Assembly: GCF_018977255.1 (NCBI RefSeq)
Contig: NW_024704742.1
Coordinates: 72,356,001 to 72,420,000 of the forward strand
Reading direction: 5' to 3'
Source: Callorhinchus milii
Taxonomy: Eukaryota
Length of the DNA stretch: 64,000 bases
Both the position numbers and the translations under genes were made by a program. Below, piece after piece: positions 27,864-37,975 of this stretch; positions within the stretch are counted from its first letter, which is position 1; each line of letters begins with the position of its first letter. The notes under the pieces are model-generated. The model ran no database searches, was not told where the DNA came from, and saw only the letters and a list, made by a program, of their open reading frames with translations.

Positions 27864-28351
27864 TTAGCACTCTATGACCGTTCCAGCCGAAGAAGAATAC
27901 AATTTATTTTTGATTAGGCGAAAGCCAGGACTAAGTTTCAGAGCTTGCCTGAACCCAGGTGCAAAACAGGTGCCAATGAAGAAAAAATCCCGGAGGCTTG
28001 GCCAGGTATTATCATCCTGCTTGAAGATTAAGGTCAATTCAAAAGTTGGAATTACACTGGAATCATATACAATTCTGTCCAATTTTTTACACATATTCTC
28101 AATTTCCAGATTGACATAGATAATGGACCCTCGCAAACCACAAGGTTCACTGGAAGAAAGGCAAAGCACGTCTCTGGCAACCCTTCTAATCAGTCTTTCA
28201 GGGACCAGAACTTCAGAGCAGTGTAGCTTAGTCTTTTTGGCTCTGGACAGACAGTTCTCAAAGAGTTTTGTTAGGTGCTGACATGTTTGCTCCTGAAAGA
28301 CTTCCTCATTTATGCTGCATTCAGTCAGATTGCAATCCCAATAATCAAGAT
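27864..28351 (-). CDS. DDIT4L: DDIT4L (REDD2/RTP801L) last coding exon, RTP801_C domain
   Basis: Acceptor ttttctttcttgcAG, then (G)AT CTT GAT TAT TGG. Translation DLDYWDCNLTECSINEEVFQEQTCQHLTKLFENCLSRAKKTKLHCSEVLVPERLIRRVARDVLCLSSSEPCGLRGSIIYVNLEIENMCKKLDRIVYDSSVIPTFELTLIFKQ...LSPGFRLIKNKLYSSSAGTVIEC* matches recalled human DDIT4L (DYWDY, EPCGLRG, VNLEIENVCKKLDRIV, PTFELTL). 115+488 nt = 200 codons + stop. Confidence 0.96.
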
Positions 28352-28877
28352 CTGCAAGAAAGAAAAATCATGATTTACATGAATGTTAAAAATACGCTCA
28401 ATCAGAACAGCAACCCAGTGGGTTCATGTATAAATGAATGGCATTATTTAAAGTTAGGAACATTCCAAGTTTCATCCATAGTTGTGCTGAGTTTAACGTC
28501 TTCAATTCAATCGGCAAAAAGCAGCATTAAATTGAGCTTCAGTGTCCCCGGACTGGGGGAGGAGCAAAGGTTCAAGTTTATCCAACAACTGCATGACATC
28601 AGCCAGAAGACTTATTTTTTCCATATGCCTTTTCATCCTACCCACCCGATAAAAATTGGTTGCAATAAAAGATCATGCTAGAAAAAGAACACGACATCTA
28701 ACACTTCCACCACCCCCACCCCAAAATGACACCACCTATAGCAGCCCATTCCCACCATCTTCCCCTGACCCCACAGCCACCCACCCCGGCCCCCAAAGCT
28801 GTCCAGCCCACCAGGACTGTCCTCCTGATGTGACCAGTGCTATATTGGAGGCAGGTACATTTTGTCTACAGCAGTGT

Positions 28878-29395
28878 TTGCTTTGGTCAGCCAGGTGTCT
28901 GACATGTGGAAACCCATCACTATGCTTAGGAGTATCCAAATCAAACTGAAATTTAAATGTATCCCACCTACACATGGGAAATCCAGGGACAGATTGTTGG
29001 AATGGAATGCACACCCTCTCCTTGGAGGGATGCACCGTTTACCTAATTCTGGAGAGTATTAGGTGCAGGTTGGCATGAACCAAGGCTTGGGGACCCCAGA
29101 GTGTGTGTTGGGGTAACTGATGGAGTCTAACCAGCTAAAACCAAATAGCTTGCCATTGATATCGCAGTCTGGCAAGCTTTCCCACTGCTTGTCCAGCTAG
29201 GACCACCCTACCAGTTAGGGCTTTGGCTTGCAGGGTTAACAGGAGCTGAGTGGGATGACTCCCTGCCTCCAGTGACTGCGCTACGAGGTGGTGCTGCTGA
29301 GCTGTCATCAGTGCCCTGGAATATTACGGACCCGCGAAGCTCAGGAACTGGACTGGAGACAGTCACTGAGGGCTGACTCGATTCTGTCATCCCGA
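28878..29395 (-). mobile_element. Unclassified A-tailed repeat, copy 3 (in DDIT4L intron)
   Basis: High similarity to 14045-14600. Confidence 0.8.
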
Positions 29396-30659
29396 GGTGA
29401 CAGGAAGCACAGTCAAAAAGGAAGGTTTTCAGGCGGGACTTGAAAAAGGGGAGATAGGCCGGTGCCAGTTGAGAGGAGGCCCCGAGTGATAGATTGGGGA
29501 TTGAGGAGGTCAGTGAGATAGGGAGTGAAGGGATTTGAACACGAGTGTGAGGAACTTGAAGTTGATCTGTTTGGTGATGGGGAGCCTGGCTAGAACTGGT
29601 GAGATGGGGTATGGCGTTTGGGCCCGGTATGTATGCAAGCAGCATACTTACCTGGCATATATAGGATAATAATAATAATCCTTATATTTGACATAGTGCC
29701 TTACTACATCTTTGAGACATCTCAAAGCGCTTCACAGAATAAACTGCAAAGTGAATTGACTGTACATTTTGTGGGCAAAACATTAAAAAAAACAGAATTT
29801 TGTTTTGAACAAGTTCCTTCTGTACAGATCTGCATTGATCATGCAGTACATTTAGAAAACAAATGTAATGCACGTAAGGATTTAAATCCCAAACAGCAAT
29901 ATAATTCACCACCCAACCATAGCAATCTGCTATAATGCTGATGGCTGCAGTAAGATAGTTAGCTAAACAAGCAGTCACTACACTGAAGGGTAATTACCTG
30001 CAAAGTACTTAGATACTTATAGTTACTGTATCAAACGCTGGCTTTTTAAATTAATTCAACTGCACTATCACCATGTAAAATATAAAACTGTTCTTTATGT
30101 ACATAATCATTGAATCTTACAGCACAGAAGGAGACCATTTGGCCCACTGTCCACTCCCCCTCTCTTACCCCATAGCCCTGCAAAGTTTTCTGGTTCAAGT
30201 ACCTATCTAATGCCCTTTTGAAAGCGATTATCAAAAAGGGGGTTAGGGAAGGGGATGGTGAATTATAACTCCTGTTTGACTGATTATTATTATTATGATT
30301 ATTATGGTCAGCTCCCTCTCCTGATTGTTCGGCTATTGCTCCCCTCCCTCTAACCCAAGATACCCAGAGCCTATCGCAGCATCACCACAAAATATACAGT
30401 CAATTCACTTTATAATATACTTTGTGAAGTGCTTTGAAATGTCTCAAAGACATAAGAAGGCACTTTATCAAATGCAAGGATTATTATTAAAGCATCAGGC
30501 AACTCAGCAACAACGCAAGGACACCAAAGCCAAAACTTGGCACCTTCTGCAACTGGTCGGTTGAAAGCACCAAGGGAGGGAGAGGAGACCCTGCCTTTAT
30601 TCCCTTAAGTCACTGGATGCGTGACTCGAGAACTCCTGAGAATCACGGAATAGCTACAC

Positions 30660-30884
30660 ACTGAAGCCTTTCTCCTGGGTACCGCCTCCGACTGTGCCTT
30701 ACTCCAGACGCAGCCAAAACACTGGTCCATGCATTAGTCATCTCCAGACACGACATTTCAAATGCCCTCCTCGCCAGTCTCCCCAACTCCATCATCCATA
30801 GGATCCAGCTAATCCAAAACTGGATACTCATCTGTACTAAACTCCGTACGCTCATCACACCAGTTCTAGCCAGGCTACACTGCG
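30660..30884 (+). mobile_element. L2 fragment ending exactly where the triplet array begins; its last ~65 nt are duplicated at ~31586-31652
   Basis: PDAAKTLVHALVISR..IQLIQN..ITPVLARLH; tcatctgtactaaactccgtac.ctcatcacaccagttctagccaggctacactgcg occurs twice. Confidence 0.85.
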
Positions 30885-33800
30885 TTGTCTGTGTCGGTGC
30901 CCGTGGTGCCTGTGTCGGTGCAAGCAATGCTGGTGCTGTCTGTGTTGGTGATGTTCGTGTGGGTGCCTGTGTGGGGGCTGGGCAGTGGCGGCGCTGGGTC
31001 GGGCGGGGGGCTGGCGGTGGTTGTGTTGGTGCTGCTTATGGTGGTATTGGTGGTGGCTGTGTTGGTGGTGCTGGTGCTGGCAGTGGTGGTGTTGTCGCTG
31101 GTGGTGTTGGCTGTGTTGGTGCTGGTGGTGTTGGTGTTGGCTGTGTTGGTGCTGCTTGTGCCGGCTGTGCTGGCGGTGGCTGTGTTGGCACTGGCGATGG
31201 CTGTGTTGGTGGTGCTGCTGCTGGTAGTGATGGTGGTGCTGCTGCCGGCAGTGGTGGTGCTGGTGGCATTGGCGCTGCTTGTTGTGGTGTTGGTGGTGCT
31301 GGTGTTGTGGCTGTGTTGGTGGTGGCTGTGTTGGTGGTGGCTGTGTTGGTGGTGGCTGTGTTGGTGCTGGTGGTGGCTGTGTTGGCGGTGGCGGTGCTGG
31401 TGGTGGCTGTGTTGGTGGTGTCTGTGCCGATGCTGGCTGTGCCGATGCTGGCTGTGTCGGTGCTGGCTGTGTCGGTGCTGGCTGTGGTGGTGCTAGTAGT
31501 GCTGGTGGTGGTGGTGGCACTGGTGGCTTTGGCGCTGCTTGTGGTGGTGTTGGTGGTGGCTGCGTTGGCGCTGGCGGTGTTGGATAACTGGATAGTCATC
31601 TGTACTAAACTCCGTACACTCATCACACCAGTTCTAGCCAGGCTACACTGCGGTGTCTGTGCCTGTGGTGCCTGTGTCGGTGCAAGCGATGTTGGTGGTG
31701 GCTGTGTTGGTGCTGGTGATGTTCGTGTGGGTGCCTGTGTGGGGGCTGGGCAGTGGCGGCGCTGGGTCTGGTGGTGGGTCGGGAGGGGGGCTGGGTAGGG
31801 GGCTGCTGGTGGTTGTGTTGCTGCTGGTGGTTGTGTTGCTGCTGGTGGTTGTGATGCTGCTGGTGGTGGTAGTGGTGCTGGTTGTGTTGGTGCTGGCAGC
31901 GTTGGCGCTGCTTGTGCTGGCGCTGGCTGTGCTGGCAGCGCTGGTGCTGGCGGCGGCTGTGTTGGTGCTGCTGCTGGTGCCGCCGATGGTGGTGGTGCTG
32001 GTGGCAGCGCTGGTTGTGTTGGCGCTGCTTTTGGTGGTGTTGGTGGTGCTGGCGCTGGCAGTGGCGGCGCTGGCGTTGGTGCTGGTGGTGTTGGTGGTGG
32101 CGGCGGTGGTGGTGCTGGCCGTGTTGGTGCTGGTGGTGCCTGTGCTGGCAGTGTTGGCGCTGCTTGTGCTGGTGCTGGCTGTGCTGACGGCGTTGGCAGT
32201 GTTGGTGGTGGTGCTGCTGCTGGTGGTGCTGGCGGCATTGGCGCTGCTTGTGCTGGCACTGGCTGTGCCGGTGGTGGTGCTGACGGCGGCGCTGGCGATG
32301 GCTGTGTTGGTGGTGCTGCTGCCGGCAGTGGCGCTGCTTGTGGTGGTGTTGGTGGTGGCTGTGCTGGCGGTGCGGGCAGCACTGGCAGTGGCTGTGGTGG
32401 TGCTGCTGCTGGTGCCGCCGGCGGTAGTGGTGCTGGTTGTGTTGGTGTTGGCGCTGGGTCGAGCAGGGGGCTGGGGGCTGGCGGTAGGTCGGGGGCTGCT
32501 GCTGCTGGTAGTGCTAGTGCTGCTGCTGGTGGTTGTATTGCTGCTGGTGGTGGTGGTAGTGGTACTGGCGGTGGTTGTGTTGGTGTTGGCAGTGCTAGTG
32601 GCATTGGCGCTGCTTGTGCTGGTACGGGTTGTGTTGATGGTGGTGCTGGCGGTGCGGGCAGCGACTGTGGTGGTGCTGCTGCTGCTGGTGGTGCTGCTGC
32701 CGCCAGCGGTGGTAGTGCTGGCAGAGGCAGTGGTTGTGTTGGTGTTGGCGCTGTTTGTGGTGGTGGCTGTGTTGGTGGTGCTGGCGCTGGCAGTGCTGGC
32801 GTTGGTGCTGGTTGTGTTGGTGCCTGTGCTGGTGGTGCCTGTGATGGCAGTGCTGGCGGCGTTGGCACTGCTTGTGCTGGCTGTGTTGGTGGTGGTGCTG
32901 CTGCTGGTGGTGGCTGTGTTGGTGCTGGTGGTGTTGGTGCTGGTGATGTTCGTGTGGGTGCCTGTGTGGGGGATGGGCAGTGGCGGCGCTGGGTCGGGAG
33001 GGGGGCTGGGTTGGGGGCTGCTGCTGCTGGTTGTGTTGCTGCTGCTGGTGATGGTGGTGCTGGTGGTGGTTGTGTTGGTGCTGGCAGTGCTGGTGGCGTT
33101 GGCGCTGCTTGTGCTGGCGCTGGCTGTGCTGGCAGCGCTGGTGCTGGCGGCGGCTGTGTTGGTGCTGCTGCTGGTGCCGCCGGCGGTGGTGGTGCTGGTG
33201 GCGGCGCTGGTGTTGGCGCTGCTTTTGGTGGTGTTGGTGGTGCTGGCAGTGGCGGTGCTGGCGTTGGTGCTGGTGGTGGCGGCGGTGGTGCTGGCCGTGT
33301 TGGTGCTGGTGGTGCCTGTGTTGGCAGTGTTGGTGTTGGCGCTGTTTGTGGTGGTGGCTGTGTTGGTGGTGCTGGCAGTGCTGGCGCTGGCAGTGCTGGC
33401 GTTGGTGCTGGTTGTGCTGGTTGTGTTGGTGCCTGTGCTGGTGGTGCCTGTGATGGCAGTGCTGGCGGCGTTGGCACTGCTTGTGCTGGCTGTGTTGGTG
33501 GTGGTGCTGGTGGTGTTGGTGCTGCCGGCGGCGTTGGCGCTGTTTGCGCCGGTGGTGGTGCTGACAGTGGCGCTGGCGGTGGCTGTGTTGGCGCTGGCGA
33601 TGTTGGTGGTGCTGCTGCCGGCGATGGTGGTGCTGGTGGCGTTGGTGCTGGTGATGTTCGTGTGGGTGCCTGTGTGGGGGATGGGCAGTGGCGGCGCTGG
33701 GTCGGGAGGGGGGCTGGGTTGGGGGCTGCTGCTGCTGGTTGTGTTGCTGCTGCTGGTGGTAGTGGTGCTGGTGGTGGTTGTGTTGGTGCTGGCAGTGCTG

Positions 33801-34920
33801 GTGGCGTTGGCGCTGCTTGTGCTGGCGCTGGCTGTGCTGGCAGCGCTGGTGCTGGCGGCGGCTGTGTTGGTGCTGCTGCTGGTGCCGCCGGCGGTGGTGG
33901 TGCTGGTGGCGGCGCTGGTGTTGGCGCTGCTTTTGGTGGTGTTGGTGGTGCTGGCAGTGGCGGTGCTGGCGTTGGTGCTGGTGGTGGCGGCGGAGGTGGT
34001 GCTGGCCGTGTTGGTGCTGGTGGTGCCTGTGTTGGCAGTGTTGGTGGTGCTGCTGCTGGTGGTGCTGGCGGCGTTGGCGCTGCTTGTGCTGGCACTGGCT
34101 GCGCCGGTGGTGGTGCTGACGGCGGCGCTGGCGATGGCTGTGTTGGTGGTGCTGCTGCCAGCAGTGGCGCTGCTTGTGGTGGTGCTGGTGGTGGCTGTGC
34201 TGGCGCAGGCTGTGCTGGCGGTGCGGGCAGCACTGGCAGCGGCTGTGGTGGTGCTGCTGCTGGTGCTGCCGGCGGTAGTGGTGCTGGTTGTGTTCGTGTT
34301 GGCGCTGGGTCGAGCAGGGGGCTGGCGGTAGGTCGGGGGCTGCTGCTGCTGGTAGTGCTAGTGCTGGTGGTTGTATTGCTGCTGGTGGTGGTGGTAGTGG
34401 TACTGGCGGTGGTTGTGTTGGTGCTGGCAGTGCTAGCGGCATTGGCGCTGCTTGTGCTGGCACTGGCACTGGCTGTGCTGGTGGTGGTGGTAGCGGTGCG
34501 GGCAGCGGCTGTGTTGGTGCTGCTGCTGCTGGTGCTGCCGGCAGTGGTAGTGCTGGCAGAGGCAGTGGTTGTGTTGGTGTTGGCGCTGTTTGTCGTGGTG
34601 GCTGTGTTGGTGGTGATGGCGCTGGCAGTGCTGGTGTTGGTGCTGGTGGTGGTTGTGTTGGTGGTGGTGCTGGCGGTGGCTGTGTTAGTGCTGGCTGTGT
34701 TGGTGCCTGTGCTGGTGGTGCCTGTGATAGCAGTGTTGGCACTGCTTGTGCTGGTGGTGGCTGTGTTGGTGCTGGTGGTGTTGGTGGTATTGGTGCTGGC
34801 GGCGGCGTTGGCGCTGCTTGTGCTGGCTGTGCCGGTGGTGGTGCTGGCGATGTTGGTGATGCTGCTGCCGGAGGTGGTGGTGCTGTTGGCGCTGCTTGGT
34901 GGTGGCTGTGTTGGTGCTGG
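30885..34920. repeat. Complex triplet-register G/T-rich repeat (GGT/GCT/GTT/TGT) with higher-order duplications
   Basis: The marker block gttcgtgtgggtgcctgtgtggggg recurs near 30953, 31721, 32948 and 33656. Offsets of 768 and 708 bp are visible. Confidence 0.95.
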
Positions 34921-36115
34921 TGTCGGTGCTGATGCTGCTGTTGCTGATGGTGCTGGTGTTGGTGTTGTTGGTGCTGGTGTTGTTGGTGCTGGTGTTGTTG
35001 GTGCTGGTGTTGTTGGTGCTGTTGCTGGTGTTGCTGGTGTTGCTGCTGTTGGTGCTGGTGTTGTTGGTGCTGGTGTTGTTGGTGCTGTTGCTGGTGTTGC
35101 TGGTGTAGTTGGTGCTGGTGTTGTTGGTGCTGGTGTTGCTGGTGTTGCTGGTGGTGCTGGTGTTGTTGGTGCTGGTGTTGTTGGTGCTGGTGTTGTTGGT
35201 GCTGGTGTTGTTGGTGCTGGTGTTGTTGGTGCTGGTGTTGTTGGTGTTGTTGGTGCTGGTGTTGTTGGTGCTGGTGTTGTTGGTGCTGTTGGTGCTGTTG
35301 CTGGTGTTGTTGGTGCTGGTGTTGTTGGTGCTGTTGGTGCTGGTGTTGTTGGTGCTGTTGTTGGTGCTGTTGGTGCTGGTGTTGTTGTTGCTGGTGTTGT
35401 TGGTGCTGTTGCTGGTGTTGTTGGTGCTGGTGTTGTTGGTGCTGGTGTTGTTGTTGCTGGTGTTGTTGGTGCTGTTGGTGCTGGTGTTGTTGTTGCTGGT
35501 GTTGTTGGTGCTGTTGTTGTTGGTGCTGGTGTTGTTGGTGCTGTTGCTGGTGTTGTTGGTGCTGGTGTTGTTGCTGGTGGTGCTGATGCTGTTGGTGTTA
35601 CTGGTGCTGGTGGATGTTGACCGGCTGGTGCTGTGCTGGTGCTGTGCTGTCTGTGAGTGGCTGTACCTGGTGCCGGGCTGGTGCTGTGCTGGTGCTGTTG
35701 GTGCTGTTGGTGTTGTTGCTGGTGTTGCTGGTGTTGTTGCTGGTGTTGTTGGTGCTGGTGTTGCTGGTGTTGTTGGTGCTGGTGTTGTTGGTGCTGGTGT
35801 TGTTGGTGCTGTTGCTGGTGTTGTTGGTGCTGGTGTTGTTGGTGCTGGTGTTGTTGGTGCTGGTGTTGTTGGTGCTGGTGTTGTTGGTGCTGGTGTTGTT
35901 GTTGCTGGTGTTGTTGGTGCTGTTGCTGGTGTTGTTGGTGCTGGTGTTGTTGGTGCTGTTGTTGGTGCTGTTGGTGCTGGTGTTGTTGTTGCTGGTGTTG
36001 TTGGTGCTGTTGTTGTTGTTGCTGGTGTTGTTGGTGCTGTTGCTGGTGTTGTTGGTGCTGGTGTTGTTGCTGGTGGTGCTGATGCTGTTGGTGTTACTGG
36101 TGCTGGTGGATGTTG
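34921..36115. repeat. 15-mer minisatellite (GGTGCTGGTGTTGTT)n with a ~496 bp higher-order duplication
   Basis: Direct reading; the marker ggatgttgaccggctgg occurs at ~35612, 36108 and 36229. Confidence 0.95.
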
Positions 36116-37380
36116 ACCGGCTGGTGCTGTGCTGGTGCTGTGCTGTCTGTGAGTGGCTGTACCTGGTGCCGGGCTGGTGCTGTGCTGGTGCTGTTGGTGT
36201 TACTGGTGCTGTTGGTGTTGTTGCTGGTGGATGTTGACCGGCTGGTGCTGTGCCAGTGAGTGGCTGTACCTGGTGCTGTGCTGTGTCAGTGAGTGGCTGT
36301 ACCTGGTGCTGTGCTGGTGCTGTGCTGTCTGTGAGTGGCTGTACCTGGTGCCGGGCTGGTGCTGTGCTGGTGCTGTTGGTGTTACTGGTGCTGTGCTGGT
36401 GCTGTGCTGTCAGTGAGTGGCTGTACCTGGTGCTGTGCTGGTGCTGTGCTGTCAGTGAGTGGCTGTACCTGGTGCTGTGCTGGTGCTGTGCTGTCAGTGA
36501 GTGGCTGTGCTGTACCTGGTGCTGTGCTGTCAGTGAGTGGCTGTACCTGGTGCTGTGCTGTGCTGGTGCTGTGCTGTCAGTGAGTGGCTGTACCTGGTGC
36601 TGTGCTGTGCTGGAGCTGTGCTGTCAGTGAGTGGCTGTACCTGGTGCTGTGCTGTGCTGTGCTGGAGCTGTGCTGTCAGTGAGTGGCTGTACCTGGTGCT
36701 GTGCTGTGCTGGTGCTGTGCTGTCAGTGAGTGGCTGTGCTGGTGCTGTGCTGTGCTGGTGCTGTGCTGGAGCTGTGCTGTCAGTGAGTGGCTGTGCTGGT
36801 GCTGTGCTGTCAGTGAGTGGCTGTGCTGGTGCTGTGCTGTCAGTGAGTGGCTGTACCTGGTGCTGTGCTGGTGCTGTGCTGTCAGTGAGTGGCTGTGCTG
36901 GAGCTGTGCTGTCAGTGAGTGGCTGTGCTGGTGCTGTGCTGTCAGTGAGTGGCTGTACCTGGTGCTGTGCTGTCAGTGAGTGGCTGTACCTGGTGCTGTG
37001 CTGGTGCTGTGCTGTCAGTGAGTGGCTGTGCTGGTGCTGTGCTGTCAGTGAGTGGCTGTGCTGGTGCTGTGCTGTCAGTGAGTGGCTGTACCTGGTGCTG
37101 TGCTGTCAGTGAGTGGCTGTACCTGGTGCTGTGCTGGTGCTGTGCTGTCAGTGAGTGGCTGTGCTGTGCTGGTGCTGGTGCTGTGCTGTCAGTGAGTGGC
37201 TGTGCTGTGCTGGTGCTGTGCTGGTGCTGTGCTGTCAGTGAGTGGCTGTGCTGGTGCTGTGCTGTCAGTGAGTGGCTGTACCTGGTGCTGTGCTGTGTCA
37301 GTGAGTGGCTGTGCTGTGCTGTGCTGGTGCTGTGCTGGAGCTGTGCTGTCAGTGAGTGGCTGTGCTGGTGCTGTGCTGGT
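36116..37380. repeat. Minisatellite built of GCTGT/GCTGGT plus CAGTGAGTGGCTGTACCTGGT units
   Basis: Dozens of near-identical units; it abuts the DDIT4L 5' splice site. Confidence 0.95.
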
Positions 37381-37975
37381 CTCCTGCCCCTCACCTGCAG
37401 ACTCCCTGTCGGCCCTCCCGGCGGCTCCCGCTCGGCGCCGCTGCTGTTCTCGGCCCCGCAGCTGTGAGCCGCACTCAGAGCTTTTGGTCTTCGAGCTGCT
37501 CGCGACCATCGCGTGAGAGATAAATTACTATATAACTTAATAAAATGTATTCACAAATAAATAATATAAATAAACGACCCCACCACACGCCGCGGGGCTG
37601 AGCGGAGGGCGGAGCGGAGGGCAGTGCGGGAGCGGTGCGGTGCGGCGCTGTGCGGACAGACCCGCCGCCCCAGCGCCGCCCTATTTATAGCCGCGTCCTT
37701 GTTACTAGCTGACACCGCTCCCGGTGACGTCATCCGGCCCCGCCCCCAGCCCCGCCCCCAGCCGGGCACGGGGAGGCGCTGCCATTGGCTGCCTCTGCTC
37801 CGCCCCGCGGCCAATCGGCGCTCGCCCCGGCGGACACCCCCTCCCCCCGCCTCCCCATGCGGAGCCCGTGCGCATGCGCGGGTGCCTGTGTGCGTTTACC
37901 GACTTTGTTGACACTGAATGTGACAGATGTCGCTCAGAGGGCGGTTTACAGTGCCGTGTACACGGGGTGTGCCCT
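37381..37975 (-). promoter_or_regulatory. CpG island / DDIT4L core promoter: TATA (37682-37689, TATAAATA on minus), CRE TGACGTCA (37725-37732), GC boxes (~37737-37760), CCAAT boxes (37784-37788, 37811-37815), NRF1-type TGCGCATGCGCG (37869-37880)
   Basis: The most CpG-dense unique sequence in the window. Motifs were read directly and are ordered as expected upstream of a minus-strand TSS near 37655. Confidence 0.85.
37395..37509 (-). CDS. DDIT4L: DDIT4L first coding exon (MVASSSKTKSSECGSQLRGREQQRRRAGAAGRADRESA + 1 nt)
   Basis: ATG at 37509 in good context (GCGATGG) inside a CpG island, downstream of a TATA box. The MVA start resembles vertebrate DDIT4L. It ends at a strong donor CAG|GTGAGG after 115 nt (phase 1), matching the phase of the next exon. 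Confidence 0.85.

Larger units (their letters stand above)
28352..37394 (-). other. DDIT4L: DDIT4L coding-region intron (~9.0 kb, GT-AG, phase 1)
   Basis: Canonical donor and acceptor; the reading frame is preserved across the junction (G|AT = Asp). Confidence 0.85.

Noticed and set aside
30885..35620. Abundant GCTGGTGG (E. coli Chi) octamers
   Set aside because: An inevitable by-product of GCT/GGT triplets; no RecBCD relevance in a vertebrate.
36116..37380. CRISPR-like repeat/spacer pattern
   Set aside because: The intervening segments are themselves repetitive, there are no unique spacers or cas genes, and the context is vertebrate.
31653..37467. Very long poly-Val/Leu, Cys/Trp and His/Gln ORFs
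   Set aside because: These are alternative frames of the same low-complexity repeat. The plus strand has little A and the minus strand little T, so stop codons are absent by composition.
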